From Utricularia gibba (taxonomy: Eukaryota > Plantae > Magnoliophyta): 64,000 nucleotides of DNA. The stretch is from assembly GCA_002189035.1 (NCBI GenBank), contig CM007989.1:2604001-2668000 (forward strand), read 5' to 3'. Of the stretch, positions 1-12,678 are shown one piece after another; position 1 is the stretch's first letter, and each line of letters starts with the position of its first letter. The translations under genes and the position numbers were made by a program. The notes under the pieces were generated by a model that was given only the letters and a program-made list of their open reading frames with translations, had not been told where the DNA came from and did no database searches.

Positions 1-217
1 TCTATGTCCTAAACGGTATTTATTTTAATGCGCAAATTATGTCAAATATGCGAAATCGGTAGGATGGGAACTAATAAAACCTTCAGCCCTCCGCCCTTCT
101 CTGGCCGGTGAGTGAACCACGGCGCCGCCGAATTTCACATCAGTCCGCCGTTGTCTTCTATTACGTTCCGACGGCCGGATTTGGGGATTGAATTTATCTC
201 ATCGCGGTTGACGGAGG

Positions 218-3200
218 ATGGCTGCCACTTCTGAACTCCTAGCGGCTCAGTTGTTGAATGTATGTCGGGTTCATTTTTTGGATACAGCACCATCCATGAA
301 GTGGATCCCTATAGAATTTTGTGTGTTTTCGTGCAGGGTTCTTGCAGGCGGAAGCTGGTTTTGCCGAGGTATTCGTTGAAGCAGAACTGCAGTCCCGTAC
401 TGTATCGAAAATCTTCTTCATCATTCGTTTTTCGCGGGAATGTGAAGATTAAAGCAACTGTCTACAAGGATGAGAGCAGAGTCGTCAGCGTTGTGCCAGA
501 ATTGGAGGGGAGAGAATTAGAAAAAGTTCTACATTTATATCGTATTCCATTTTTACAGAAGAGTGCCGAGGAAGAGCTTCTTAAGCTTATTCAGACAAAG
601 GTATCAAATCAAATTACGGGTTTGCAAACCGAGCAGTGTTTCAACGTTGGGTTGTTTGGAGACATCTCGGCCGAGAAGTTTTCAGTACTGAAGTGGCTTC
701 TGGGGGAAACTTATGAGCCTGATAATCTTAGTTCTGGAAGCTTTTTTGATGAAGAGATGAAAAGGAGGGAAAATTCTGTTGTTGTAGAAGTTGGGCCTCG
801 ACTGTCTTTTACAACGGCATGGTCTTCCAATGCCGTATCAGTATGCCGAGCATGTGGCCTGACTGAAATAAGCAGGCTTGAGCGATCACGAAGGTACTTG
901 CTGTCCTTAGCACCTGGAAGTGCACCGCTGAGTGGCTCTCAGATTAGGGAGTTTGAGGCTTTAGTACATGACAGGATGACAGAGTGCATTTATCATGAAA
1001 AGCTCTCATCTTTTCAGACGGATGTGATCCCTGAGGAAATTATTTACATACCAGTCATGGAGAAGGGCCGAAAAGCACTGGAGGAAATAAATGAAAAAAT
1101 GGGATTAGCTTTTGATGAGCAAGATTTAGACTATTACACCAAACTGTTCATGGAGGATATCCAGCGTGATCCTACAAATGTTGAGTTATTCGACATTGCA
1201 CAGTCCAACAGTGAACACAGCAGGCATTGGTTTTTTACCGGGAAGATTATTATAGATGGCCAGCCAGTGGATACGACCCTCATGCAAATCGTCAAGAGCA
1301 CCTTGATGGCGAATCCGAACAATTCAGTTATAGGATTCAAGGATAATTCCAGTGCCATTAAGGGATTTCCTGTTAATCAGTTGCGGCCGATCCACCCTGG
1401 TTCCACCTCTCGTTTGGATATGATTGCTCGTGATCTTGATATCCTTTTTACTGCTGAGACTCATAACTTTCCTTGTGCAGTGGCACCGTACCCTGGTGCT
1501 GAGACAGGGGCAGGAGGTAGAATCCGAGACACACATGCAACTGGTAGAGGCTCATATGTTGTAGCATCTACTGCTGGATACTGTGTAGGGAATCTTAACA
1601 TTGATGGTTCATATGCTCCATGGGAGGATCCAACTTTCACATATCCTGTAAACTTGGCTTCTCCGCTTCAAATTCTTATTGATGCTAGCAATGGTGCATC
1701 AGACTACGGCAACAAATTTGGGGAGCCACTAATTCAGGGATATACAAGAACATTTGGGATGAGGCTCCCAAGTGGGGAGAGGCGGGAGTGGTTGAAACCA
1801 ATCATGTTCAGTGGAGGTATTGGCCAGATCGATCACAACCATATAGTGAAGGGAGAGCCTGAAATTGGGATGTTTGTTGTGAAGATTGGAGGGCCAGCTT
1901 ACCGTATCGGAATGGGAGGTGGTGCTGCATCCAGCATGGTAAGTGGTCAAAATGATGCAGACCTGGATTTCAATGCTGTGCAGCGTGGAGATGCAGAGAT
2001 GGCACAGAAGTTATATCGTGTTGTTCGTGCGTGTATTGAAATGGGAGAAAGCAACCCTATCATCAGCATTCATGACCAAGGTGCTGGTGGAAATTGTAAT
2101 GTTGTCAAAGAAATTATTTATCCACAAGGCGCTGTTATTGACATCAGGGCAGTTATACTTGGTGATTATACAATGTCAGTATTGGAAATATGGGGAGCTG
2201 AATACCAGGAACAAGATGCAATTTTAGTGAAACCAGAAAGTCGTGATACTCTGCAGTCAATATGTGAAAGAGAGAGAGTCTCAATGGCTGTCATCGGCAC
2301 TATTAATGGAGGAGGGAGGATTGTTCTTGTAGACAGTGAGGCTACAGAAAGATTGAGCTCAAATGGTCTACCTCCTCCACCACCTGCTGTAAATCTTGAG
2401 CTTGAAAAGGTTCTCGGTGACATGCCGCAAAAGAAGTTTGAATTCCACCGTGCTGTTAATGTGACAGAGCCCCTTGATATAGCTCCTGGTGTTACTGTTA
2501 TGGATTCTTTGAAAAGGGTTTTGAGACTTCCTTCTGTTGGTTCTAAGAGGTTTTTGACGACCAAGGTTGATAGGTGTGTCACAGGCCTAGTTGCACAGCA
2601 GCAAACTGTGGGTCCTCTTCAAATTACCCTTGCTGATGTTGCAGTAATTGCTCAGAGTTATACTGGAATCACCGGCGGCGCTTGTTCTATTGGAGAACAA
2701 CCAATAAAAGGTCTTTTGGATCCAAAAGCTATGGCAAGATTAGCTGTAGGTGAAGCTCTGACTAATCTTGTATGGGCTAGAGTTACTTCTTTGTCTGATG
2801 TTAAAGCGAGTGGCAATTGGATGTATGCAGCCAAACTAAATGGTGAGGGAGCAGCCATGTACGATGCTGCAACAGCCCTTTCAGAAGCCATGATTGAACT
2901 TGGAATTGCAATTGATGGGGAAAGGACAGTCTTTCTATGGCAGCTCATTCATCTGGGGAAGTTGTCAAGGCCCCTGGGAATCTGGTAATCAGTACTTATG
3001 TCACTTGTCCTGACATAACCAAAACCGTGACACCTGATTTGAAACTTGGTGATGATGGAGTTCTCCTTCACATTGATTTATCCAAAGGGAAGCGACGCCT
3101 TGGTGGATCTGCCCTTGCCCAAGTATTTGGCCAAGTTGGTGATGAGTGTCCTGATCTTGATGATGTTGGTTATCTTAAAAAAACTTTCAATGCTGTTCAA

Positions 3201-4508
3201 AGTTTAATTGAGGAAGGCTTGATCTCCGCCGGGCATGACATCAGTGATGGAGGCTTGGTTGTATGTGTGCTTGAGATGGCATTTGCTGGGAATTGCGGAA
3301 TTAACCTGAATCTGATCTCCCCAGATGGTTGTAGTGAGTTTCAAACACTGTTTGCTGAGGAACTTGGTCTTGTCCTTGAGGTCAGCAAAAAGAATTTGGA
3401 TGTATTGCTTGAGAAGCTCGTAGACGCTGGAATACATGCGGAGCAGATTGGTGAAGTTTGCAGCTCACAGGTTGTTGAACTGAAGGTTGATGGTATCTCT
3501 CACCTTACAGCAAAAACATCTCTCCTCAGGGATTTGTGGGAAGAAACAAGCTTTGAACTGGAAAAATTCCAAAGGCTCTCAGCTTGCGTGGAGCTGGAGA
3601 AGGAAGGTTTGAGAAGTCGAACAGAGCCATTATGGAAATTATCGTTCACTCCTTCATGTACAGATGATAAGTACATGACTGGTACAAAACCGAGAGTTGC
3701 CATCATTCGTGAAGAAGGCAGCAATGGTGACAGGGAAATGGCTGCGGCTTTCTATGCTGCAGGCTTTGAACCATGGGATGTCACCATGTCTGATCTCTTA
3801 AACGGTGTAGTCTTACTGAGTAAGTTTCATGGTATTGCCTTTGTTGGAGGATTCAGCTATGCAGATGTGCTTGACTCAGCCAAAGGTTGGGCTGCATCAA
3901 TAAGATTCAACAAGCCTCTGGTCAACCAATTTCAAGAGTTCTATGAGCGGCAAGATACATTCAGTTTGGGGGTTTGCAATGGCTGCCAACTCATGGCTCT
4001 TTTAGGATGGATTCCAGGTCCCATGGTTGGAGGTGCTCTTGGTCCATCTGGGGATCCATCTCAGCCCAGATTCATACACAACGAATCAGGGCGATTCGAG
4101 TGCCGTTTCACTAGTGTGAAAATCGAAAATTCACCAGCTGTGATGTTCAAGGGAATGGAAGGGAGTACATTAGGTGTGTGGGCAGCTCATGGTGAGGGAA
4201 GAGCTTATTTCCCTGATGATGACATCCTTGCAACTGTACTGCAGTCGAATTTAGCCCCAGTAAAGTACTGTGATGATTCTGGTAATCCCACAGAAGTCTA
4301 TCCATTTAATCCCAATGGTTCTCCTCTTGGTGTCGCTGCTATATGTTCTCCTGATGGAAGGCATCTCGCCATGATGCCTCATCCTGAACGCTGCTTCCTG
4401 ATGTGGCAGTATCCCTGGTATCCCAAACACTGGAACCTAGAGAAGAAGGACCCCAGCCCCTGGTTACGCATGTTCCAAAATGCTCGGGAGTGGTGTTCAT
4501 CACAGTGA
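218..4508 (+). CDS. PUR4: Phosphoribosylformylglycinamidine (FGAM) synthase, PurL type, organellar; exons 218-259 and 337-4508, with a 1-nt frameshift at 2917-2920
   Basis: ATG at 218 (MAATSELLAAQLLN), GT-AG intron 260-336, then a long exon. PurL motifs: NSEHSRHWFF, TAETHNFP, GAETGAGGRIRD, HDQGAGGNCN, glutaminase GVCNGCQL and MMPHPER. ORFs 262-2988 and 2937-4508 join into AIDGGKDSLSMAAH if one G is added to GGGG at 2917-2920, giving about 1404 aa. Confidence 0.95.
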
Positions 4509-5155
4509 CCCTGATCTTCCTTTCTTCCTCCTTCCATATCAGTGATCAGACTTTTAAAGCTCAGCTGTTCACCCTTCTGCAGATGGTTTCCCTAGTGCGA
4601 GTTTGCTGTTTCATCTGCTGTCATTACCTTCTTGTTTTTTGTCATAACAGCGATCGTAGACAAGCCCAATAACAGAATTAGTAGCTTCGATGCTACCCTG
4701 GTGGAAAAAAGGTCTTTTCCATCAAGTTGCTAATGAGGATGCCTTCAATGCACTAATTCAAAATGATACGACTAAATTGGCATCAAATCTAGTTATGCAT
4801 AAAGGCGATGCTGGAGGCATGCCACCGAACTTTTTTGTTTTTTGAGTTGTAGTTACAAACTGTGTTTTTTGAGTTTGGGATGATCGACTGAACACTGTTT
4901 ACTCAATGAACACAAATTTCTAGCCTACAACAAGAAAATCGTCTTTGGGGCTGCGCAGACTCATCCAACTATCATACATATTAGCAACCATATATGATGG
5001 ATACTATCGCTTACCTGCCCCTATGCATACACCTAAAAAGACCCTCATGTACAATAATCAGCTGATAGAATGTAATTAATGCCTTACAACTGATGATGCA
5101 TCTTATTCTTGTGTTTGAGGAGGGAAGCATGGCACAGGTTTGGCGGCTGGTGACT

Positions 5156-7770
5156 CTATTGAGTGTCTGTGTACTCCCCGCCAGGTTGCTCTCCACCTTC
5201 TTTGATCCCGTCGAATATTTCATTATCATCAAACCCTATAAAGCAGGGAAGAGCCTTAAATGACATTGGAATGCTAAGCACGAATACCTGTATGGAGCAC
5301 AGAAGAATTGCTGAGGTTGATTACCTGCTCCTAAGTCTTCAGTATAGTCACATGCATCCAGACCCGACTGCATAGCTTCAGCATATGGTGGATCAATTTT
5401 CATCCATTCAGAAGGAGAGAGGCTTTCTATGCATACTCCGTTATCAACCACCCAATCTGCAACATCACTGTGTTCTGAAAAAATGGGATCCACAATTTCC
5501 ACTTCCTTGTTTGCTGAAACCCTGTGAGGCAGAAGAAATGTAAAGCTTGTTTTACTTCAGAGATTCAGTCTATGAAAAAGGAGAAGATTTCACACTTACA
5601 TTTGCTTCATCTGCATGTTGTGGCGAACATAGGCAATGTCATCAAGCCTTTGGCGCTGGAAGACGTTTTTTCTCCCGGATGTATTTTTGACAGGAATTTT
5701 ATCCAGCTTATGCTGTAACAAGCTGCAAGTTTGACTAAGAATTCGGATGGCCAGACGAGCCAAGTTGGGGCAAGCCCCACCATATGCAAGCCACCAGTCA
5801 ACTGAAAGAATCAAATTTTGAAAAACAGTGAGCTGATTACAGCTTCATTGCATTTGAAAAAAATATACAAACTGGACCAAGACATCAACTCAATGATTAT
5901 CATGTTTTAAGTGGAAGGAAGCGACATTCAAAGCATAAGGCTGCAGAAAATTCATTTTAAAAGTTATGTCAAAAAGGAACTCACTAGGAGGCAGAGTATC
6001 TCGAGCTCTGATAGCCATTTTCCGCCCAAAATCTCCCGAGCAGCCATGGTAAGATGCAGTTTCTTTCATAAGTTTATCTTGGATCTTAGGGTCAGGGACC
6101 AATTTCTCTATGCAATCATATACCAACGATCGTGTGTACAGATGAGCATCTCCTTCAAGGCTGTAAAAGAATTTGGGATTCAAGTAGAATCCAGCAGCAT
6201 GAAGAGGATTTCTCTTAAGCTGTTCCCACCTACGATCTATGATATCCCAATAGGCTAAATATTCCTTAGTAATAAGTTCTTTCTTAATAGCTTCCTTGGC
6301 TCGATATAACCCTGCATAAACAAACCCCATGGCAGGCTTCCTTTCACTACCAACTATTTTCAACAAACGCAGTAGAGGAGATGTTAAATTTGTTACTGAG
6401 GTACATGCAGACCAGAAAGATTGGCTAGTGATACAATCTAATAACGCAAACCCTTCTGCTTTCTTCGAGTACGGACTTTCCATCCACTCCTCTGATGTAA
6501 TCATCAACTGCAGTTTATGCCTAAGATTTAACATTCTTCTCAAAATAATGAAATCAGTAGATGACGGAGTAATTCCCCTATCAGGTAAATCAACACCAAG
6601 GGTGTGTTTCCTAAACATGTTCAAGATACCACTGTTTGAATAGATGCATCTTGAGATTGATTTCGCCTGGTCAAGTATCACCTTCACCACCGGAAGCTCT
6701 CGCATGTCTTGAAGCATCAAATCAATGCAATGACTAGCACAAGGACTCCAAAATATAGATGGATAAGTATCAGCAAGTTTTTTCCCAGCAATGGAATATC
6801 GATCACCACCTCTGGTTATAACTTGAAGAACATTCTTTAGCCCAACCTGCTCCACTGTTTCCTTAAGCAATTCATATAGCTCATCCGTGGAAACTGTTCC
6901 AACTGATATATTAGCCGACCTAAAAAATATTGTGCCTTCTGAGCAATAGACAAAAAAGTTGACAACACTTACATTATCTCCAGAATTGCGCTCATCTACC
7001 AACACCGTGCAACCAGTTCTTTCCCAAACTCCTTTAAATTGATCAACATCATTTCTAGATTCATGAACAATATTCTTCAAAACCCAACTACTAAGATCAT
7101 GGTACGAAGGAACAACAGCATCAGTTCCACTAGAAGCAATTGCATCAACCATTGGCTGAAAATAAGGAGAATTTACAGCTTCCGCAGGCAATCCAACATC
7201 AATGAAAAACCGACCGACTGCCATATGAACTGAATCACTGATCATGTTCGAGTTTGGATCCAACGTAGACAAGGGTGCAGCATCAGATGCAACTACACCA
7301 ATAGCTTTCCTAACTCTCGCTTTCTTCTTTCTGTAGCCCGTTTTAAACGTAGACTCATCTTCTCTATCAGCATTGGCATCAACATCATGTTCAACCCTTT
7401 CTGGTAGAGGAAGCAACTCTTCCTCGTTACAGATATTGTTTATTCTTTCAATAGCATTTGCACCAGCGTTACCATAGCTAGTCATCTCGCCAGAAGATTT
7501 TTGCTTTCTCCTCTTTCTTACAGAAACCCCATTTAAACTCTCCAGCATTTGCATCCTCACGTCAGATTGAACTCTCAAACAAGTGGCTGCATTCCCTTTT
7601 TGGCCCGCAAGATGTTCTTTAATCCTATGAATCCCACCGCCCTTGAATATCTTCCCACAGTACTTACATTTGAGCTGAACCCGATCCCCATTTTTAAACA
7701 TATCGCAATGTTGCCATGCAGGATCATGCTTATGTGAAGTCAAGGGCACAGGCTCCATATTAGAATCCAT
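5156..7770 (-). CDS. Domesticated hAT-superfamily transposase-derived protein (BED zinc finger, DUF659, hAT dimerisation region); exons 7770-5985, 5801-5600, 5521-5325, 5235-5156; 754 aa
   Basis: BED finger (DPAWQHC...KCKYC...HRIKEHL...C), CASHCIDL CxxH motif, LHAAGFYLNP, DWWLAYG..PNLARLAIRILSQTCS. Four exons with GT-AG junctions sum to 2265 nt with an open frame ending GFDDNEIFDGIKEGGEQPGGEYTDTQ*. No TIRs or TSD seen. Confidence 0.88.
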
Positions 7771-8585
7771 ATATTCTCCACCTTACCCTTCAAAAAAAAC
7801 ACGAAACAGATACATTATTACATCCTTCACCTTGAGCAAAACAGTGTCTTTAGGAAAAAACTTCCACATGAAGACCCAGAACACGATAATTGAAGTAACA
7901 CATAGAAGAACAAACTTCCTCAATTCCAGGAATGCCGAAAATTGTTCTTTCAGCAGCCCACATATTGAAACACCGCACAGAGTATTCTTCCTCAAGCAAA
8001 CTCTAAATTCGAAGAAATTGAACATGGCTTTCAACAATTATACAAACAGTCTTTCTCTAGCATCCAATGAATTAAATACATCAATCTTATAGAAAAAGCA
8101 ATTCGATTCGATACCGAAACAAATTCTCGCCCGGTACTCGAGTTTTTTTTCCCTCCGGCCGAAAAGTCGAGGGCGAGCCGGATAAACCGGTCAGCGAGCG
8201 GCCAAGACGAAGGACAGAAACGAAAAGTTGTACCCCTAGTCCGTACGAGTTCTTTTACCCCAGGCCCCCGAACCAACACGGCCAAGGGCGGAAATTAAAA
8301 TATATTTTTCTTTTTTATTTTATTTTTTAAAAAGAGGAAACCGAGTTCCCTTGACACGTATGCTCAGTCGGACACGTCTAGACTATTTAACTAATTTCTC
8401 ATCCGCGGCAAATTCACAGAAGCAAAGTTTACAATTGAATACCCCCTTCCCTGAATATTACAGTTCATACCCCCGAGTTCCCGTGGCGGAGAAGATTCCC
8501 CGAAGGTTCGCCAGCGCGTTTCCAAATCTCAACCACAAGGCTCCCGCCGGAGGTGCGTTTTCTAATCGTCGATTGGATCGGGTGG

Positions 8586-9794
8586 ATGGCGCAGTATACG
8601 CAGCAATTTCTCAGCAGCGTTCTATCGCAGCGGGGACCGGCGGCGTTGCCGTACGCGGAGGAGATGAAGTGGCACATCCGCCAACACTTGTTGCATCTCA
8701 CAGAAACCTATCCTTCTCTGCAGCCGAAAACGGCGGTATTTACGCACAACGACGGCCGCACCGTGAATCTTTTGCAGGCGGACGGTACCGTTCCGATGCC
8801 TTACCAAGGCGTTACCTACAACATTCCGGTTATTATCTGGCTGATGGAATCGTATCCGACTCACGCGCCGCTTGTTTTCGTTAACCCTACCCGCGACATG
8901 GTCATCAAGCGCCCCCATCCCTTCGTTTCACCAAACGGCGTGGTATCCATGCCTTACATTCATTCCTGGGTCTTTCCGGCTTCCAATCTTGTTGAATTGG
9001 TTCGGAATTTGAGTGCTTACTTCTCTCGTGATCCGCCCCTGTACTCTCAGCGCAAGTCTTCGAACCCTAACCCAAGTCCCCAAGGACCCCAACCCGTTCC
9101 TAGCCCCAGCCCTAGCCCCCGCCCCAGTTATGGTAGTGTGAATTCTTCAGTGGGATCAGCGGCGCCTCGGCCGGCGATTCCCCTGAACAATCCTACTCCG
9201 CCGCCGCCGTATGGGAGGATGACGGAGGATACTGTTGATGTTTTCAAGAGAAACGCAATAAATAAACTTGTGGAAAGTATGAATGATCATATCAGGGAGT
9301 TAAGAAAAGCAAGGGAGGAAGAAATGGAAGGGCTTTTTGGTGTGCAGGCGATGCTCAGGAGGCGTGAGGAGGAGCTTAGGAAAGGGTTAAAGGAAATGAA
9401 CGATGAAAAGGAAGCTCTGGAGCAGCAGCTTCAAATAATTTTGATGAATAGCGATCTTTTAGAAGGATGGTTAGGGGAGAATGAAGAGACATTGGGGAAC
9501 AGTGATTTAAGTGGAGTTGATGCAGCTGAAGCATTTGAGACTAGTGATGCACTGTCAAAGCAAATGTTGGATTGTACAGCTTCTGATTTCGGTGCTGAAG
9601 ATGCAATATATGCTTTGGATAAAGCTATGCAGGAGGGAGTCATTCCCTTTGATCAGTACATGAGGAATGTGAGGCTTTTGTCACGCGAGCAGTTTTTCCA
9701 TCGTGCCACAGCTTCCAAAGTGAGAGCAGTTCAGATGCAAGCACATGTTGCAAATATGGCTGCTCGAGCGACATCCCAGCAGTACACGTTCTGA
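8586..9794 (+). CDS. ELC: ESCRT-I subunit VPS23/TSG101 homologue (ELC-like), intronless, 402 aa
   Basis: N-terminal UEV domain ([13 protein letters not shown]..., [17 protein letters not shown]), Pro-rich linker, coiled coil and C-terminal steadiness box ([10 protein letters not shown]...[17 protein letters not shown]). ATG at 8586. Confidence 0.95.
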   Translation: MAQYTQQFLSSVLSQRGPAALPYAEEMKWHIRQHLLHLTETYPSLQPKTAVFTHNDGRTVNLLQADGTVPMPYQGVTYNIPVIIWLMESYPTHAPLVFVNPTRDMVIKRPHPFVSPNGVVSMPYIHSWVFPASNLVELVRNLSAYFSRDPPLYSQRKSSNPNPSPQGPQPVPSPSPSPRPSYGSVNSSVGSAAPRPAIPLNNPTPPPPYGRMTEDTVDVFKRNAINKLVESMNDHIRELRKAREEEMEGLFGVQAMLRRREEELRKGLKEMNDEKEALEQQLQIILMNSDLLEGWLGENEETLGNSDLSGVDAAEAFETSDALSKQMLDCTASDFGAEDAIYALDKAMQEGVIPFDQYMRNVRLLSREQFFHRATASKVRAVQMQAHVANMAARATSQQYTF

Positions 9795-10575
9795 CGAGTT
9801 CGAGGCTTCTCCGTCCGTGCAAATTATATGTTTGTCTAATGAAATTGATTGTTTGCTTTATGCACACACTTCATTGCCTTTGCATTCTACATTTTCATTT
9901 ATAAGACTAGCCCGGATGACAATATTTTTAGAATTCTGGTATCTGTTTGTATATAGTTCAGTTTTTCTGCCTTTCGCGGTCTAGTTTCATACCACATGGG
10001 GAACTCACTTGTTTGTTTGAATTTTGAATGCTATTATGGATTCAATATTGCCTAGCTTGAATGAAGGTTCGATTAGCACAAACACAATGCTCACGCATTC
10101 ATCTTTCTGTGCTGCTCTGCGTGATATGCAGTAGTTTCCATTCTTCAGCTACGAAGCTATCTCCCACTTTAACATCTTTCTGTGCTACAATGCGTGATAT
10201 GCTGTAGTTTCCATAGCTTAACAATGGAAACTACATCACCCCACTTTGATATCACCCCAAGTCATTTCTCGTAGTGCTGATCATTATCTATGCTTGGAAG
10301 CAGTTACACTGACATATTGCAGTATTCTTCCATATGTTCTCTCTATTTTCTGACTTTGAGTTGCTCTGATGCGGTGATGGCACAAGGCTTTACTTGCTTC
10401 CAGGTTCACATTGCAGGTTCATTGATTTCGTTTAACAGGGACTGTGTAGCTGCTCTTTGTTTAAGAAGACAGCAGGAATGGGAGCGAGCAGTGCAATCAA
10501 AATGCAGGCATGATTTCGTTTAAATAGGAATGAGAACAATAAAAAATGTCAAAGACAACCACCAGAAGCACAGTT

Positions 10576-11391
10576 TCAATTTGGTGGGCAGAATGAGACG
10601 ACATATTCCTTAGCTCTGCAGCTCTTGAGCCCAGTTGGTTCGTCGAAGGCGTAACTGTAAGCTCTAGGGCACATCTTCTTGAAGAAGTTCTCATAAACTG
10701 TGGGTCTGCATGTTCTGGGACTCGCATACTCTCCGGTGCAGCAGTACTTTCCTTCCCCGGTGGCCAGGCACGCGCTCTTGCACCCCACCGTCCTTCCGCC
10801 GCCCACCACCGTGAGATTCTTCGGGCAGCAGGCATTCACGTCCGCCTCGCACGCCGCCACGCCACAACCGCCACTCCCACCGACAGGTACCACGGAAACG
10901 GGAACATTGAAGCCATCAACCAGACTCACATCGTAGAAATGCATCGGATTCGAGGGCGTCCCAAGTGTCATCTCCACCAGAGTCGCGGGAGGCCGGCCAC
11001 CAGCACCGTCGCAGCGCAGGAGCCCGCCGCAGTCGCCGGTCAAGCACCACCCCTTCCCATGGGAGTCGAAGCAGCAGTCCTGCCTCGCCCATATCCTCCC
11101 CGACCACCACAAAGGTGCTTCCACCATCACCTGCTTCCCACTCGGAAGCACGAACCCGCCCTCCGCAGGAGTCTCCTGCCCCGCCGTGCCGAGAATCGCC
11201 GGCCACAGCGTGTCTTTGCAGTCGTTGACGATCAAGAGACGAATCCCATCCACACCTGAAACAGTTAACAAAACCAATGCGATACAAGGTAACCAGCATT
11301 TCATCAACCAACAAATGCACACCAAACCTGATGAGGTAACGCTGATGAGCAGAAGAAGCACCAAAAACAGAGAAGACTCCGGCGCCGGCAT
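10576..11391 (-). CDS. Thaumatin-like (PR-5 family) protein; probable exons 11391-11328 and 11255-10576
   Basis: Signal peptide followed by thaumatin motifs [56 protein letters not shown] 72-nt GT...AG segment (11327-11256) separates the signal peptide from the mature domain. Confidence 0.93.
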   Translation of the reverse strand: MPAPESSLFLVLLLLISVTSSGLVCICWLMKCWLPCIALVLLTVSGVDGIRLLIVNDCKDTLWPAILGTAGQETPAEGGFVLPSGKQVMVEAPLWWSGRIWARQDCCFDSHGKGWCLTGDCGGLLRCDGAGGRPPATLVEMTLGTPSNPMHFYDVSLVDGFNVPVSVVPVGGSGGCGVAACEADVNACCPKNLTVVGGGRTVGCKSACLATGEGKYCCTGEYASPRTCRPTVYENFFKKMCPRAYSYAFDEPTGLKSCRAKEYVVSFCPPN

Positions 11392-12678
11392 TGCTGTTCT
11401 CCGAGGAGGACGACGACACCAACTTGCTGTATTGCAAGAGGAGTTTGGCCTGAAGAGACCCCTTTATATGAGCAGTTGCTGTGGACAAGTCCTTCGTGGT
11501 GGAGGAGTGTCAAGTAGTGAGTGCATTGAGGGAAGAAACGGCCGTAACTGCTTCAGCGTCACCTCGCAGGTTTTCGGTCCTTTTCTTTTTCTTTATTACC
11601 AGAAAAATGAAAAAAAACGTATTATAAATGCAAAATTATATTTATTTCTTATTTCTGGAAAAGTCAATATAAATAGTATAAAAACACGTGTCTCGGGTAC
11701 CTAAAAAGTAAATTAAATAGTTCATAAGCTATGTTTAGTAGAGTCGCTACAAGGGTCTTTTTCTTTTTGTGCGTATTGCGGCAGCACGGGGAGGAGGGAA
11801 GGAAGAGAGCTTCGGAATTGAGGGAGAAAAAGTTGTGGCGTGGAGGAGACCTAGCCATCCCTGTCAATTGCCTTCGTCTTTGGTCGAACGAGATTCACGT
11901 CGTGGCAGATTCTCTCTATTTATTTTTTTTTCTTCAAAAATTCTGTCCGCCCGGATACAGGGTTTGCGATTTCGAAATCAATTTGTTTTTAGCTGAAGGT
12001 AACCTGCGATTCTCTTTTCTGGAAGCGGATTTTCAAGGAGATTTTCCAGCCTGAGGTTGATTTTGTCTGTCTTTTCTTAACTGGATTTGGCGCCGTGTGG
12101 ATCTTAAATTTATGTTTCCCATTTGAAGGTTTATGGGAAATTTTAGCCTTTTAGTAGGATAATTTGACACATTTAGGAGTAGAGGAAGCTGATAAATTTA
12201 TGGGTGTGTCTGATTTGGAATTTATGTCCTTGTTGACGATGAAATCGGAGGGGCGGCAAAGTTCTTGCTTTGTGTGCAGCTTTGTTCGTATAATTTGTCA
12301 GTTGATCTCTGAGGGCTGCATTAATGCATTGAGGGGTTTGAGCTTGAGCTGTTCGTATTGCTTGAATCATCTCGTGCCTCCCAGACTTCGTCCCGTTACT
12401 TTTCGTGTTGGATGTAACCCCTTTATATGATACCATGATGATTAATGTGAAGAATAGCATGATCATGATATTGAATTAAAAACTGCCGAGTAGTTTATAT
12501 TGGGTTGTTAAGTGTGAATGTGACTTTTAGGGCCTTTAGTGGAGACTTGGCACTTTTTTAGTTATAATATCTCCACATCTTCTTTTCAGTATAGCTCATA
12601 TTGGAGTTGCAGCTGGTGGCCTTTTGGTGAAAATATAGTGTTCTCTAGACTGTAAGTTAATTCTGGTAGTTGGAAGTC

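Noticed and set aside
262-336. ORF-track start of PUR4 at 262
   Set aside because: This ATG lies inside intron 260-336; the start at 218 gives the expected short first exon.
5156-7770. Autonomous hAT transposon
   Set aside because: No TIRs or TSD, a degenerate catalytic motif, an intact multi-exon structure and tight packing between host genes.
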